Below are positions 51,500-64,000 of a stretch of 64,000 nt of DNA, piece after piece. The stretch spans positions 40,548,001 to 40,612,000 of the forward strand of contig NC_043004.1 in assembly GCF_006345805.1 (NCBI RefSeq), given 5' to 3'. Numbering within the stretch: position 1 is the stretch's first letter; every line of letters begins with the position of its first letter. Source of the DNA: Octopus sinensis (lineage: Eukaryota). Position numbers and translations under genes: made by a program. The notes beneath the pieces are model-generated. The model ran no database searches and was not told the DNA's origin. It saw nothing but the letters and a program-made list of their open reading frames with translations.

Positions 51500-51752
51500 G
51501 TAAAAGTAAAGTTACCTTCTCGAGCCATGCTGGCTCATAAGGGCCAGTTTCCTGGTTTCATGATGCATAAATTCCCTACCGGGATGGAATGCCAGTCCCT
51601 CACAGGATTACTCATTTTTGCCAGCTGAGTGCACTGAAGCAACATGAAATGAAGTGTTTTGCTCAAGAACACAACACATCGCCCGGTCCAGGGATCGAAA
51701 CAACAATCTTTCGATCATGAGACCAACACCCTAACCACTAAGCTACATGCCT
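51500..51752 (-). mobile_element. Family E SINE
   Basis: As 17278-17535. Confidence 0.7.
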
Positions 51753-53371
51753 CCGTCGCAAACAGATGGAGTTGTCATAGATACATAATGCTTCACAAGC
51801 AGATGGATTGGTCATAAATAGACCACTTTTTAACAAACCATATGGTCATCTTGATGGGAGCTAACCTAGAACTAAACATCTCAGAGCCCTAAAGTCCCCT
51901 ACAACCAATTCGCCCTGTCATAACTGTATTTGTTGTTATTGCTATTGTTATTGTTGATGTTATGGTTGTTTAGCATCCTCCTCCTACACTTCGTTAACCT
52001 TGATGGAGGAGATCTATGATCAAAGACGTTCCTGTCTTGACCATCACCTCTTTTTTCCAAGCACTCTTCTTCCACATTCACCCTACATGATCTGGTGCCC
52101 CACACTTCTTGAGATGATAAAATGTGGTTTGAGGGAGATTTGGCCGTTAATTTAAACAGGCTAAATAACCATTTAACAGGTTAAATTCCTACAATGTTCT
52201 TGGATGAGGTTTAGCTTTCAACAAAGCTTTGATTCATAAGTCTTCTTGGTCAGGAGTGACCAAGGGATAAGCAGCATCAATTACAACAACAACAACAACA
52301 ACAACAATTACTTCTTAGCCCTGAATCATACTAGTGTAGAAAACTAAAAGACACACACACTGCACAAACAATAACAGTGATGAGAACAACGTGAACAACA
52401 ACAAGTAATCTTCCAGTTTCATTTCCAGAGATGTCTCATCAAAGACTAATAATTCTGAAATCAACAGCAATAATAACAACAACAACAACAACAGTAAACA
52501 CACAACAATGACTATCTTTCACTTCTTCCATCTACACCATCATCCACCACCACCACCACCCATCAAATCTTACCATCCCTTAATCTTATGCAATTAAAGA
52601 TTTAAATTTTAAGCTGTCTAGCTTCTATTTTGGGAAGGTGGAAAACTTTCAATAATCTTCTTAATCTGACAAATCTTATAATATTGCTATGAGATTCTCT
52701 ACAATTCCTCCTCCTACTCCTCCTCTCCATTTCACCTTTCCCAGCTCCTCCTCCTGTCCGTTGCACTTTACTTTCACTTTCACAATTGGTTGGAGTTGTT
52801 GTAATTGATGTTGTCTTCACTGTGTTGTCACTGCTGATGGCAATTGCTTTTAACTCTATCTTACTCTATTACTTGTTTCAGTCATTGGACTGTGGCCAAA
52901 CTGGGATGTGATTGTCACCTTGAATGGTTTAGCTCATCAGATTGTCCCCAGTACAAACATTATTGGTCTCTTGTCAAATCACTAAGGAATCATGAACAAA
53001 AAAAACACCAGTTGTCATGTAGTGGGAGACATACACACACAAATGCACACAAACACGCATATATATATATATATATAACGTATGTATGTGTGGGGGTGGG
53101 ATTGCATGTGTGTATGTGTACAGTCATATTTAACACATTTATGTATACTTGGATATGGGAGGGCCTTTTGCTGCTGAAATATCCTCAAAAGAAATTTCCC
53201 TCATAGACAAAATGTGAGAAAACATAAAACTATGAATGACATTATCTGATGACAGGGCACAAGCATTTCTCCATTGTTGCACACCATCAGCTATGATTAT
53301 TGAATTCCTCCTTCACCATCTTATAGACTAATATATACATATATATATTTATATATATATATACATTAAAC

Positions 53372-54495
53372 AAGGTTGCAAAGAGAGAGGTTTGGAGATG
53401 CCGCTATGAAAGGTTGCTAAATAAAGAGAATGAATGGGAGAAAGAGAGTCTGCCAAATGCTGACCCAACAGAGGGACCAGCTATCTGAATTGACAATACC
53501 TTGGTAGATAAAGCAATTAAGGGAATGAACACAAGGAAAGCCCCCGGCCCACCAGGAATCACCGCAGAGATGCTCAAAATATCTGGCAGTGTCGGCTATA
53601 GCCTAGTCACCTGTATAGTCGCAAGGAATGAGGCCAGTATGCTCCGCTGGATGTGTAATGTCAGTGTGCATACACGACAGAGTGTAAGAGCCCTGAGAGG
53701 GAAGTTGGACTTAAGCATCAGAGGTAGTGTGCAAAAGAAATGACTGCACTGGTATGGTCATGTGTTGCAAATGGATGAGGACAGCTGTGTGAAAAAGTGT
53801 CACACCCAAGCAGTTGAGGGAACCTGTGGAAGAGGTAGACCCAGGAAGACCTAGAATGAGGTGGTTAAGCACAACCTTCGAACATTGGGCCTCACTAAGG
53901 CAATGACTAGTGACTGAGACCTTTGGAGATACGCTGTGCTTGAGAAGACCCAGCAAGCCAAATGAGACCATAACCCATGGCCTATGCCAGTGGTGTATAA
54001 CTAGCCCACTTATGAGTATCCTTCATTCATTGGACAATAAACTTTGCTTGCGAAGACCTGTTGAATCAAATGAAATCAAAATTGTAAGGTGGCCGATGAC
54101 AGTACTGCCTGATTGACACCTGTGCCAGTGGAACATTAAAAGCACCATCTGAGTGTGACTGTTACCAAGGCCGCTGTCTGGCTCCCATGCCAGTGGCACA
54201 TAAAAAGCACCATTCAAAGGTGATCATTGCCAGTGTCGTCTTACTGGCTCCTGAGCAGGTGGCACGTAAAAAAACCCATTTGAGCATGGTCATTGCCAAT
54301 ACCACCTGACTGGCCCTCGTGCCAGTAGCATGTAAAAGCACCCACTACACTCTTGGAGTTGTTGGCATTACGTAGGGAATCCAGCAGTAGAAACTTTGCT
54401 AGATCAGATTGGAGCCAGGTGCAGCCTACTGGCTCGCCACTCCTCAGACAAACCGTCCAACCCATGCCAACGTGGAAAGCGGACATTAAACGACA
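53372..54495 (+). mobile_element. RTE with RT core deleted, continuing through ORF end into the tandem 3'UTR
   Basis: REVWRCRYERLLNKENEWE...KAPGPPGITAEMLK...LVTCIV joined to ARNEASMLRWMCNVS...WYGHV...GRGRPRKT...DLWRYAVLEKTQQAK*, then 3'UTR units and the family terminus. Confidence 0.85.
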
Positions 54496-54526
<31 letters not shown>

Positions 54527-55345
54527 CGTGTATGTATGTATGTATGTATATGTATGTGTGTCTGTATGTATATAAGGGGTACTGAAAATTAATGCTGCAC
54601 TGCCAAGCAAATGGTCTGACATCATACCAAAAATAGTTTACAAGCCAATACAAGAAGTTCTTTCAATCTACCAGTGTGCATAGAGTTAACGACAGCCCTT
54701 AATGTGGAAATACGCTGAATATGTATCTCCTCAATGTTACAGCCCATGGAAGACAAGGACTTTAGGGAGGTACATATTCAGCACTGCATGCTTTATGCAT
54801 TTTGTAAGGGTAAGAATGCAACACATGCAAATAAAAATGCATGTGCTGTATATCCTGATGACGCCAGTATTCAGAAATGCCAAAGACTTTGATATACATA
54901 TATATATCTTGCAGGATTTAACTTAATTTTCTTTGCATGCATTATAGCCCCAAGTATTTTATGATTATTATAATAATTTGTTGAGTAGTGGGTTATCTCT
55001 ACAGGCTTTTATAGAAATCACAAGTAGATGAGTTAAGATGTACTATTGGATTCAATTTAGAATTCTTGTGAGTTTTATTGCCATACAGAAATTCCCCAAG
55101 GAATAATAGTTCCACGCTGAACCCTTTCCAAAATATTCACTGCCTCAAAAGTTGATATTAACTCTGTTTGATATAATGAGCATGTATTAGTATTGTTTAT
55201 TCGCATCACTTGGTTTTATATCCCATCGTATCCCACATGACCATCTGCTGTGTATTTACTAGTCATCACAATCTTTTCAAATCTTGCTGCGATTCCTCAT
55301 CTTGGTGTCCCCTTTATTAGATGATAAATTTTGATCTGAAAAATT

Positions 55346-55960
55346 CTCTCTCTCTCTCTCTCTCTCTTCCCCTCTTTCACCCTCTCCATTCTCTCTCTCT
55401 CTCCATTCTTTCTCTCCATTCTCTCTCTCTTCTATCACTCTCTCTTTCTCTCTCTCCATTCTCTCTCTCTCTTTCATCCTCTCCATTCTTTCTCTCCATT
55501 CTCTCTCTCTTCTGTCACTCTCTCTTTCTCTCTCTCCATTCTCTCCATTCTTTCTCTCTATTTATTCTCCATTCTCTCTCGCTCTCTCACTGTCTCTCTC
55601 TCTCTTCTTTCACTCTCTCTTTCTCTCTCTCCATTCTCTCAATTCTTTCTCTCCATTTATTCTCCATTCTCTCTCTCTCACACACACACACTCTCTCTCT
55701 CTCTTCTTTCACTCTCTCTTTCTCTCTCTCCATTCTCTCCATTCTTTCTCTCCATTTATTCTCAATTCTCTCTCTCTCTCTCTTTCGCCCTCTCCATTCT
55801 CTCTCTCCCCATTCTTTCTCTCCATTCTCTCTCTCTCTTCTTTCACTCTCTCTTTCTCTCTCTCCATTCTCTCCATTCTTTCCCTTCATTTATTCTCCAT
55901 TCTCTCTCTCTCACTCTCTCACTCTCTCTCTCTCACACTCTCTCTCTCTCTCTCTCTCTC
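55346..55960. repeat. (CT)n-based higher-order polypyrimidine repeat
   Basis: Recurrent CTCTCCATTCT / CTTTCACTCTCTCTTT sub-units over about 600 bp. Confidence 0.9.
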
Positions 55961-56674
55961 TTTCCATCTGTGGTAGCCATGTAACCAACCACCTCTGTCC
56001 CTTCTATTCATACCCTAACTGCTTATCACCCAGCATAAAGCCACTCCCCTCAATACCATCCCCCCCACCTCAGTAGAGGGAGTCTTGTCTTGCAGATCCC
56101 TTGTTGACTTCATAGCTGCTGGTGCCACATAAAAACCACCCAGTGACCCTGTGAAATGTTTGGCATTAGGAAGGGCATCCAGCCTTAAAAACCATGCCAA
56201 AACAGACAGCTTTGTGCAGCCTTCTGCCTAGCCAGCTCCTGTCAAACCATCCAACCCATGCTAGCATGGCAAACAGGCATTAAATGATGATGAACATGAT
56301 GATAATAACCTAAAGAGGATCTGAACTGAGACACATGGTGCCAATATTAATGAAAAAATATCAATTCTAGGGATTTCTATTCATTATTTTTATATATATT
56401 ATTCTAAATTATTTCCTTTGCAAAATAATTGTATAACCAGTAGACAGATGTCCCTATACTTCAGAGATCCAAAGTATCCGTTGTAACAGATGCATGTGTT
56501 TACTTAAGCCATTCTATAATTGTACAATATGTAAATACACATGCAATAATGTTGCCAACGTATAGACAATCTTCTGGAGCAATTGCTAATATTCTATATG
56601 AGTCATCTTCACAACAAATGATTATGTATCCAAAACAGAAGGCCAAAAAAAAAAGAAAGAAATGCATAGACATA

Positions 56675-57005
56675 GGCACAGGAGTGGCTGTGTGGTAAGT
56701 AGCTTGCTTACCAACCACATGGTTCCGGGTCCAGTCCCACTGTGTGGCACCTTGGGCAAGTGTCTTCTACTATAGCCCCGGGCCGACCAAAGCCTTGTGA
56801 GTGGATTTGGTAGACGAAAACTGAAAGAAGCCTGTTGTATATATGTATATATATATATATGTATGTGAGTGTGTGTGTCTGTCTTTGCCCCCCCCCCCCA
56901 CATCGCTTGACAACCAAAGCTGGTGCATTTATGTAACCCATAACTTAGCAATAGAATAAGTACAAGGCTTACAAAGAATAAGTCCTGGGGTTGATTTTCT
57001 CAATT
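56675..57005 (+). mobile_element. Family B SINE
   Basis: As 48787-49191, 3' end truncated. Confidence 0.8.
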
Positions 57006-57370
57006 AAAGCCGGTTTTCCATGCTATCATAGGTTGGACGGGGTCTGGGAAGCCAGAAGGCTGCACCAGGTTCCAGTCTGATCTGGCAGTGTTTCTACAGT
57101 TGGATGCCCTTCCTAACGCCAACCACTCCGAGAGTGTAGTGGGTGCTTTTTACATTTTTTAAATTGGCTCTGACATGAGCATCCTTGTGTGGTACCAGCA
57201 TGAATGTTATTTACATAGTACCAGGACAGTGCTTTGCATTATAGGGATAGGCATTACTGTCTCTGCTGTGGAGGATGGGTCTTCTTGAATACAGTAAGTC
57301 ACCAAATATGTACATATAACTGTATATGTGTGTGTGTGTGTGTGTAAATATATATATTTATGTATGTGTA

Positions 57371-57597
57371 TCATCATCATCATCATTGTCTAACGCCCGT
57401 TTTCCATGCTAGCACCGGTTGGACGGTTCGACCGGGGTCTGGGAAGCCAGGAGGCTGCACCAGGCTCCAGTCTGATCTGGCAGTGACCAGACTGGATCCT
57501 GCTGCAGCCTCCTGGCTTCCCAGACCCCGGTTGAACCGTCCAACCCGTGCTAGCACGGAAAATGGACGTTAGATGATGATGATGATGATGATGATGA
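57371..57597. mobile_element. Head-to-head fusion of two RTE 3' ends forming a ~100-bp hairpin
   Basis: (CAT)n on the left, (ATG)n on the right; arms meet at TCCAGTCTG-13 nt-CAGACTGGA. Confidence 0.85.
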
Positions 57598-57610
57598 CGA
57601 TGTGTATATA

Positions 57611-57646
<36 letters not shown>

Positions 57647-58058
57647 TATACGTGTGTGTGTGTGTATAGACGATAAGAAACTGGAGGAAAAACAACAATG
57701 AGAAGTGTGTCTTTGGTGTTAATTAAACTAATTAAATAATGCCCTTTTAGCACCAATTTATTTCTTATCGTATTTTCTACTGAAGAGGGAAGAATCCATA
57801 GGATTAATCACGAAATTGATTCAATATAGAAATAATAAACTTTTTAAAAAAACTCTGTTAGCTAGCTTTCCTCAATTTCAGCATGACACGTATTTATAGT
57901 GAATGTAAAATGAAATGTGGAAATTGACGATTTAAAGTCTGTTCTCAGCATATTGGCATAGAAATAATTTTTCTTTTGCCCTTATTTATAAGTTATATAT
58001 ATATAAATATATATATATAACAATAATAATAATAAATATTGTTGTTGTTGTTATTATA

Positions 58059-58101
<43 letters not shown>

Positions 58102-58150
58102 TATTATTATTATATATAATAATTTATATACATATATATACATACATGCA

Positions 58151-58275
58151 TATGTAGTCTGATCAATAAGTATCCGGACTGTTGCCTTGGTAATGCAGCT
58201 AAAGCTTGTAAAGTAGAGTCGCTTGACCTTGAACCCTGCTGTGCATGCACACTAAGTTTTAACTTTCTAGCTCAC
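58151..58275 (+). mobile_element. Mariner-like terminal fragment
   Basis: TATGTAGTCTGATCAATAAGTATCCGGAC resembles mariner TIRs. Confidence 0.4.
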
Positions 58276-59521
58276 TTCCCTTGTTTATAGCAGTGCTTGG
58301 AAGGAAGGTGTGTAGCGTGTGATTGTTGCTTTTACATGGTGCTGCCCAGGCGCTTTTACGTGGCACCACACGGGTGCTTTTATGTGGCACCACTCTGGTG
58401 CTTTTACATTGGACCACCACAAGTGCTCTCCACCGCCAGAAGGATCAGTCTTAACACTTCTGCAGCAGAGTATGGGTCTTCTTGAGTTTTGGGTGTAAGC
58501 ATGTGTGTGTATGTGTGTGTGTGTTTCAGTTTCAGTTTTTGGGATGTGGCCATGCTGGGGCATCAAGTATTTAATCTATCATATTATTACAGAATTCATT
58601 ATTTCTGTACGATATTGACTATCTGTTTGCAATAAGCTAACAAAAACATGGTAACAAAAACAAATCGTTCAATAATGCTGGAAATTAATTAAAGTGAAAA
58701 TCTGAAATTTTGATATTTAAAATAATTCGTGAAAAATTAATTGCATGATTTATTTTTTTAGAATTTCATTTTCAGAATTACTATTGTATCATGCTTCATT
58801 TTACAATGTCACGTATACTCCTTTTCTGAATAATTATTTCAATAGAAGGGCTCTGAAGTCAGATAATAGAAGCATGAGCATGCAGAGGATCCATCATCAT
58901 CATTGTCATCATCATCATCATCGTCAATCTCATCATCATTGTTATCATCATCATCATCATCATCATCATCATCTTTGTCCTGCTCATCAGTCATAGTCGT
59001 CGTCATCCTTGTCATCATCATCACCATTCTCATCATCATCATCATCATCGTCCTCTTCCTCCCTCTCCTCCACCTTCACATCATCATCATTGTCATCATC
59101 AAAATCATCATCATTTTTAATATTCACTTTTTAATTTTTATGGGTTGGACAAAGTTTATTGATGCAGATTTTCTATGGCTGGATACCCTCCTTGTCACCA
59201 CCCTTTACCCGTTTCTAAGCAGGGTAATATTCTCTCTTGGCCAGACATATTTTCACAGAATATTGGAAATGAACGACATTCATTTACTACAATCATGTGA
59301 TCGCAAGACAAGGAGAGGAAACACATACACACACACAGACGCACATACACATATGCATACACAAAAAGCTACTTTCATTTTCCATTTGCAAATCCACTTC
59401 CTAGGCTTTGGTTGGCTCAAAGCTATTGTAGAAGCCATGCAGTGGGATTGAACCTGAAAGTAATTAGTCTGAAAGCAAACTTCTTAGACACACAGGAATC
59501 AATAAAAAATAATAATAAATA

Positions 59522-59770
59522 AATGCACCCTTTTTAAAGCCTAGCCAGGCTCAGGGGTCCAGTTTCCTGGTTTCTATGGCGCATGTGTTCCCCAGTTGGA
59601 CGGGACGCCAGTCCATCACAGCGTTACTCATTTTTGCCAGCTGAGTGGACTGGAGCAACGTGAAATGAAGTGTTTTGCTCAAGAACACAACACGTCGCCT
59701 GGTCCAGGTATCGAAACCACAATCTTACAATCATGATGCTGACACCCTAACCACTAAGCCATGCACCTCC
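59522..59770 (-). mobile_element. Family E SINE (near full length)
   Basis: GGTGCATGGCTTAGTGGTTAGG head, GTTTCGATACC B-box, GATGGACTGGCGTCCCGTCCA body motif. Confidence 0.8.
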
Positions 59771-60086
59771 ACTACAGGAATCAATAGTGTAAAGGAACTG
59801 TATTTTCACAATGCCTTTCAGTGTTCTGTATCTATTAACTTTGTCCACAAATCATATATATAAATATATATACATATATATATATTTTTTATTCTTTTAC
59901 TTGTTTTAGCTATTTGACTGCTGTTACATTGGAGCACCACCTTAAAAGGTTTTTTTAGTAAAAAAAATCAACTCCCAAGGGACATAAACACACCTATATT
60001 AGTTTTCAAGTGATGGTGGGGGGACAAACACAGATACAATGACAAACACACATAAATATATACATACATATATATATATATACATA

Positions 60087-60119
<33 letters not shown>

Positions 60120-60125
60120 ATATAT

Positions 60126-60176
<51 letters not shown>

Positions 60177-60221
60177 GTATGTATGTATATATATATATGT
60201 ATGTATGTATATATATATATA

Positions 60222-60267
<46 letters not shown>

Positions 60268-60450
60268 TAAATAAATGGTACAACAAGGCACCGATATTTA
60301 CTGGAAAATAACAATCATAATAAATACGATGCTATTGTATAGCTTCACTGCGTAAGTACTAGCAAAGACGCGTGTGTGCAACAAACATGAAAAAAAATTA
60401 TCTTACCTCTAGGAAGAACATCTGAAAAATGGAAAACCTAGAATCGGATA

Positions 60451-60521
60451 ATGCAGGACCGGTTTCAGACTCTTCAAATACGTTTGACAACATAGATTTG
60501 ATTTGTCTTCATCAGCTGCAT
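60451..60521 (-). ncRNA. Intact type I hammerhead ribozyme
   Basis: ATGCAG-CTGATGA-AGAC[aaaTCAAAT...ATTTGAaga]GTCT-GAAAC-CG-GTC-CTGCAT; 6-bp helix I, all core nucleotides canonical, ACCGGT palindrome; cleavage predicted between 60457 and 60456. Confidence 0.9.
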
Positions 60522-60724
60522 ATACCTAGACAATATTTCAAACGTTGTCACATGTATGCCAGTTCACTCGTCTGAATGCCAAAACGTTAACAGAACGATA
60601 ACAGTGAAGAAATTTCAATGAAAATAATAATGCAATACGAAAGTATTGCTTTCCAGTAAAAGATAGCCCGTAAGGGTAAAATTATACATATATATTTATA
60701 TATATATATATATATATCTGATCT

Positions 60725-61210
60725 TTGAAGTTTGGGCCTCACAGAAGCAATGGCTAGTGACCAAAACCTTTGGCGATATGTTGTGCTTAAGAAAACCCAT
60801 CAAACCAAGTGAAATCATAATCATGGCTGATGCTAGTGTCACATAACTGGCACCTGTGCCAGTGACACGTAAAAGTCACCTTTCGAGTGTTGAGCCTCAC
60901 AGAGGCAATGACCGAGACTTTTGGCATTATGTCATGCTTGAGAAGAAGACCCATCAAGTCAAGCAAAATCGCAGTTGTGGAAGATACCAGTGTCACACAA
61001 TTGGCACCCATGCCAGTGGCATGTAAAAATCACCCATAACACTCTTGGAGTGGTTGGCTTTAGGAAGGGCATCCAGCTGTAATAACCGTGCCAAATCAGA
61101 CTGGAGTCTGATGCAGCCTTTCAGCTTGCTAGCCTTGGTCCAAGCCATCCAACCCATGCCAGCATGGACAATGGATGTTAAATGATGATGATGATGATGA
61201 TGATGATGAT
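60725..61210 (+). mobile_element. RTE 3' end with duplicated ORF-terminal segment
   Basis: gggcctcacagaagcaatg...gtgcttaagaaaaccc occurs twice before the terminus; (ATG)n tail. Confidence 0.75.
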
Positions 61211-61327
61211 ATATACATATGTGTGTGTGTGTGATGGGCTTCTTTCAGTTTCCGTGGGACTAAGCCCGGAGTCATGTAGTTGGGGAGCAAGCTTCTTACC
61301 ACACAGCCACGCTTGTAAATTTGTATA

Positions 61328-61722
61328 GGTGCAGGTGTAGCTGTGCGATAAGAAGCTTGCTTTCTAACCACATGTTTCCCAGTTCAGTCCCACTGCATTG
61401 CACCTTGGATATGTGTCTTCTACTAAAGCCTCAGGCTGACCAAATACTTGTGAGTAGATTTGGTAAATAGAAACTGAAAGAAGCCCATTGTATATATTTG
61501 TGTGTGTGTGTGTGTGTGTGCCTGTGTTTGTCACCCACTTCTGCTTGACAAACGGTGTTGGTGTGTTTATGTTCCCATAACTTAGTGGTTCAGCCAAAGA
61601 AACTGATAGTTCCTACTAAGGAAATAATTAAGTACTGGATCGAATCCTTTGACTAAGAATTCTTCAAGGCATTGCCCCAGCATGGTCACAGTGAAATGAC
61701 TGAAACAAAAAAAGATAAAAGA
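61328..61722 (+). mobile_element. Family B SINE (diverged)
   Basis: As 48787-49191. Confidence 0.7.
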
Positions 61723-61876
61723 TATTTAAAACAGTTTGATTCAGTTCCATGTGACTTAAAGTTTCACTGGCCCCTAAAAGGAGCCCATCTCTTTAAACAT
61801 ACATATATATGTATAGACTTAAATGCAGATAGTTTGCAAAGGTTAAGATAAAAAGAAGCGAGTATATTCTCCTGGA

Positions 61877-62655
61877 TCATCATCATCATCATCATTGTTT
61901 AACGTCTGCTTTCCATGCTAGCATGGGTTGGACGATTTTGACTGAGGGCTGGTGAACCAGATGGCTGCACTAGGCTCCAATCTTGATTTGGCAAAGTTTC
62001 TACAGCTGGATGTCCTTCCTAATGCCAACCACTCCTAGAGTGTAGTGGGTGCTTTTTACGTGCCACTGGCATGGGGGCCAGTCAGGCGGTACTGGCAATG
62101 ACCTCGCTCGAATCCTTTTACACATGGCACCAGCACAGGTGCCAGTGAGGCGACTTTGGTAACGATCACACTCGAATGGTGCCCTTTTACGTATCACTGG
62201 CACAGAAGCCAGTTGGCTGCTCTGGCAATGATCACGTTCGGACAGTGCTCTTGGCACCCTACTAGCACAGGCACAAGTGCCAGTAAGGTGATGCTGGTAA
62301 CGATCATGCTTGAAAGGTGCCAATTAAGTGCCAATGGCACGGAAGCCGGTTAGCCGCTCTGTCAATGATCACACTCGAATGGTGCTCTTTGCACCCTGCT
62401 AGCACGGACACCAGTCATCGAATTTGATTTTGATTTTGATTTTGCTTTTGATTGATTTCACTTGCCTCAACAGGTCTTCGCAAGCAGAGTTTTAGTGTCC
62501 AAAGAAGGAAAAGGTACGCATAAGTGGGCTGGTTACGCCCCTGGCATAGGCCATGGGATTATGGTTTCATTTGGTTTGCCAGGTCTTCTCACGCACAGCA
62601 TATTTCCAAAGGTCTCGGTCTCTAGTCATTTCCTTGGTGAGGCCTAAAGTTCAAA
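61877..62655 (-). mobile_element. RTE ORF end + complete 3'UTR
   Basis: TLGLTKEMTRDRDLWKYAVREKTWQTK* followed by 3'UTR units and the (ATG)n tail. Confidence 0.8.
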
Positions 62656-64000
62656 TAATGTATAAATGTTAATAGAGTTCATGGACAATGGTGCACAAAT
62701 GAGCTGGGAGGCTGAGGGAGAAAAAAACTGGATACAAGAAGGTGTTGATATAAGAGGGAATACTGAGCTGGTAGAGAGGTATACATTGCTTATAGCAAAT
62801 GCCAGTTAATTAAAGAATTACCATGAGGATGGTCAAAACTTCGAAGTCACAGTCAACAACATTCTTGTCTAAGAATATTAGATTTGTACTTTATTAAAGT
62901 ATAATATAAACCATCAAATTAATGTAAAACTGTTTTTATGATAACTGAACATAAAAAACGAACACTAATGTGTGTGTGTATGTGTGTGAATGTGTGTGTT
63001 TGTGTGCATGTGTGTGTGCGTGTGTGTGCATATACATATATAGATATAAATATAATATATATTTGTGTGTGTGTGTGCGTGTACGTATATGTATACACAC
63101 ATATATACATGTGCGTGTACGTATATGTATACACACATATATACACGATTGTGATAATCACACTGATGACGACAACAATGATGATATTGCAGACAATGTT
63201 GTAGATTAGCTCATAATCTTGGATATTAATTCATGTTTATATTTGCTTCGATTCAGACAAAGTAAATGTAATATATAAGATAAATAAAGTATAAGACTGG
63301 ATGAATGCAGAAATGGAAGGGCAGAGGGATGGATGGATAGAGAGACAAACAGACAGTCGGATAGTCCAACAGAAAGATGGACAGAGGGACGGATGGATGG
63401 ATGGACGAACGGACAGATGGACGGATGGATAGACAGACAGATGGATGGATGGATAGATGGATAGATAGAGACATAGCAAGATAATTAGATAAATAGACAG
63501 ACACAGACATATAGATAGATAGAAAGAGACAGAGAGAGTGTTAGAGAGAGCCAGACAGACAGAAAAACAGTCAGACAAGCAGACAGATAGACAGATATAC
63601 AGCTCCTTCTATTAGACTATCACCAACCATACTTGTTTCATAACATTTGTTTCTGCACTTAAAATTTTTATTTCATTTTCCTCTGCCTGCCTATCTTGAT
63701 AAAGAGCAAATTGCCCGAAATATCAATATCTCTTCCTGTGCCTTTTGGCTGCCTACTAGTAGCATCAGGCATTGATTTTTATTTAAATTACCTTTGTATT
63801 TTTGTTTATTTTTTTACCACCAATAATGATTATATCCAATAAAACAACTACCATCTTCACTGCAGCAACTACTGCTACCATCACTACCACCATCACCACT
63901 AGCATCACCATCACCCTTGCAATCAAAAGCACCACCACCACTACCACCATTAATGTCACCCACAGCAACTCCTTCGGCATAGTGACCTTATCATCAACAC

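Noticed and set aside
52602-52867. ~88-codon open frame on the minus strand
   Set aside because: Low complexity, abuts a SINE tail, no splice acceptor or recognisable domain.

Overview
AT-rich, microsatellite-saturated eukaryotic DNA, probably intronic or intergenic. The repeat repertoire suggests an octopod cephalopod (inference from repeat families, not verified). No intact protein-coding gene can be supported, and almost all ORFs in the supplied track are microsatellite read-throughs. The window is a mosaic of: (i) about 15 5'-truncated 3' ends of an RTE-clade LINE with (ATG)n tails, some with greatly expanded tandem 3'UTR arrays; (ii) at least four tRNA-headed SINE families; (iii) two CR1-clade ORF2 3' fragments; (iv) Penelope-like (PLE) RT and GIY-YIG relics; (v) mariner relics, a MITE and an RLE-type (HERO/R2-group) endonuclease relic. 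The most notable structure is a 2.3-kb non-coding array at 12959-15259. It has about four ~590-bp monomers, two in each orientation, and each carries a type I hammerhead ribozyme with a complete core, a long helix II and a palindromic helix III. This is a retrozyme-like unit predicted to release ~586-598-nt monomers. Two other elements with different bodies, also embedded in (TA)n, carry one hammerhead each: intact at 60451-60521 and with one core substitution at 44019-44101. They share a terminal motif. Several degenerate or minimal hammerheads and many fold-back structures are also present. Repeat boundaries are approximate (read by eye); ribozyme and palindrome coordinates were counted base by base.
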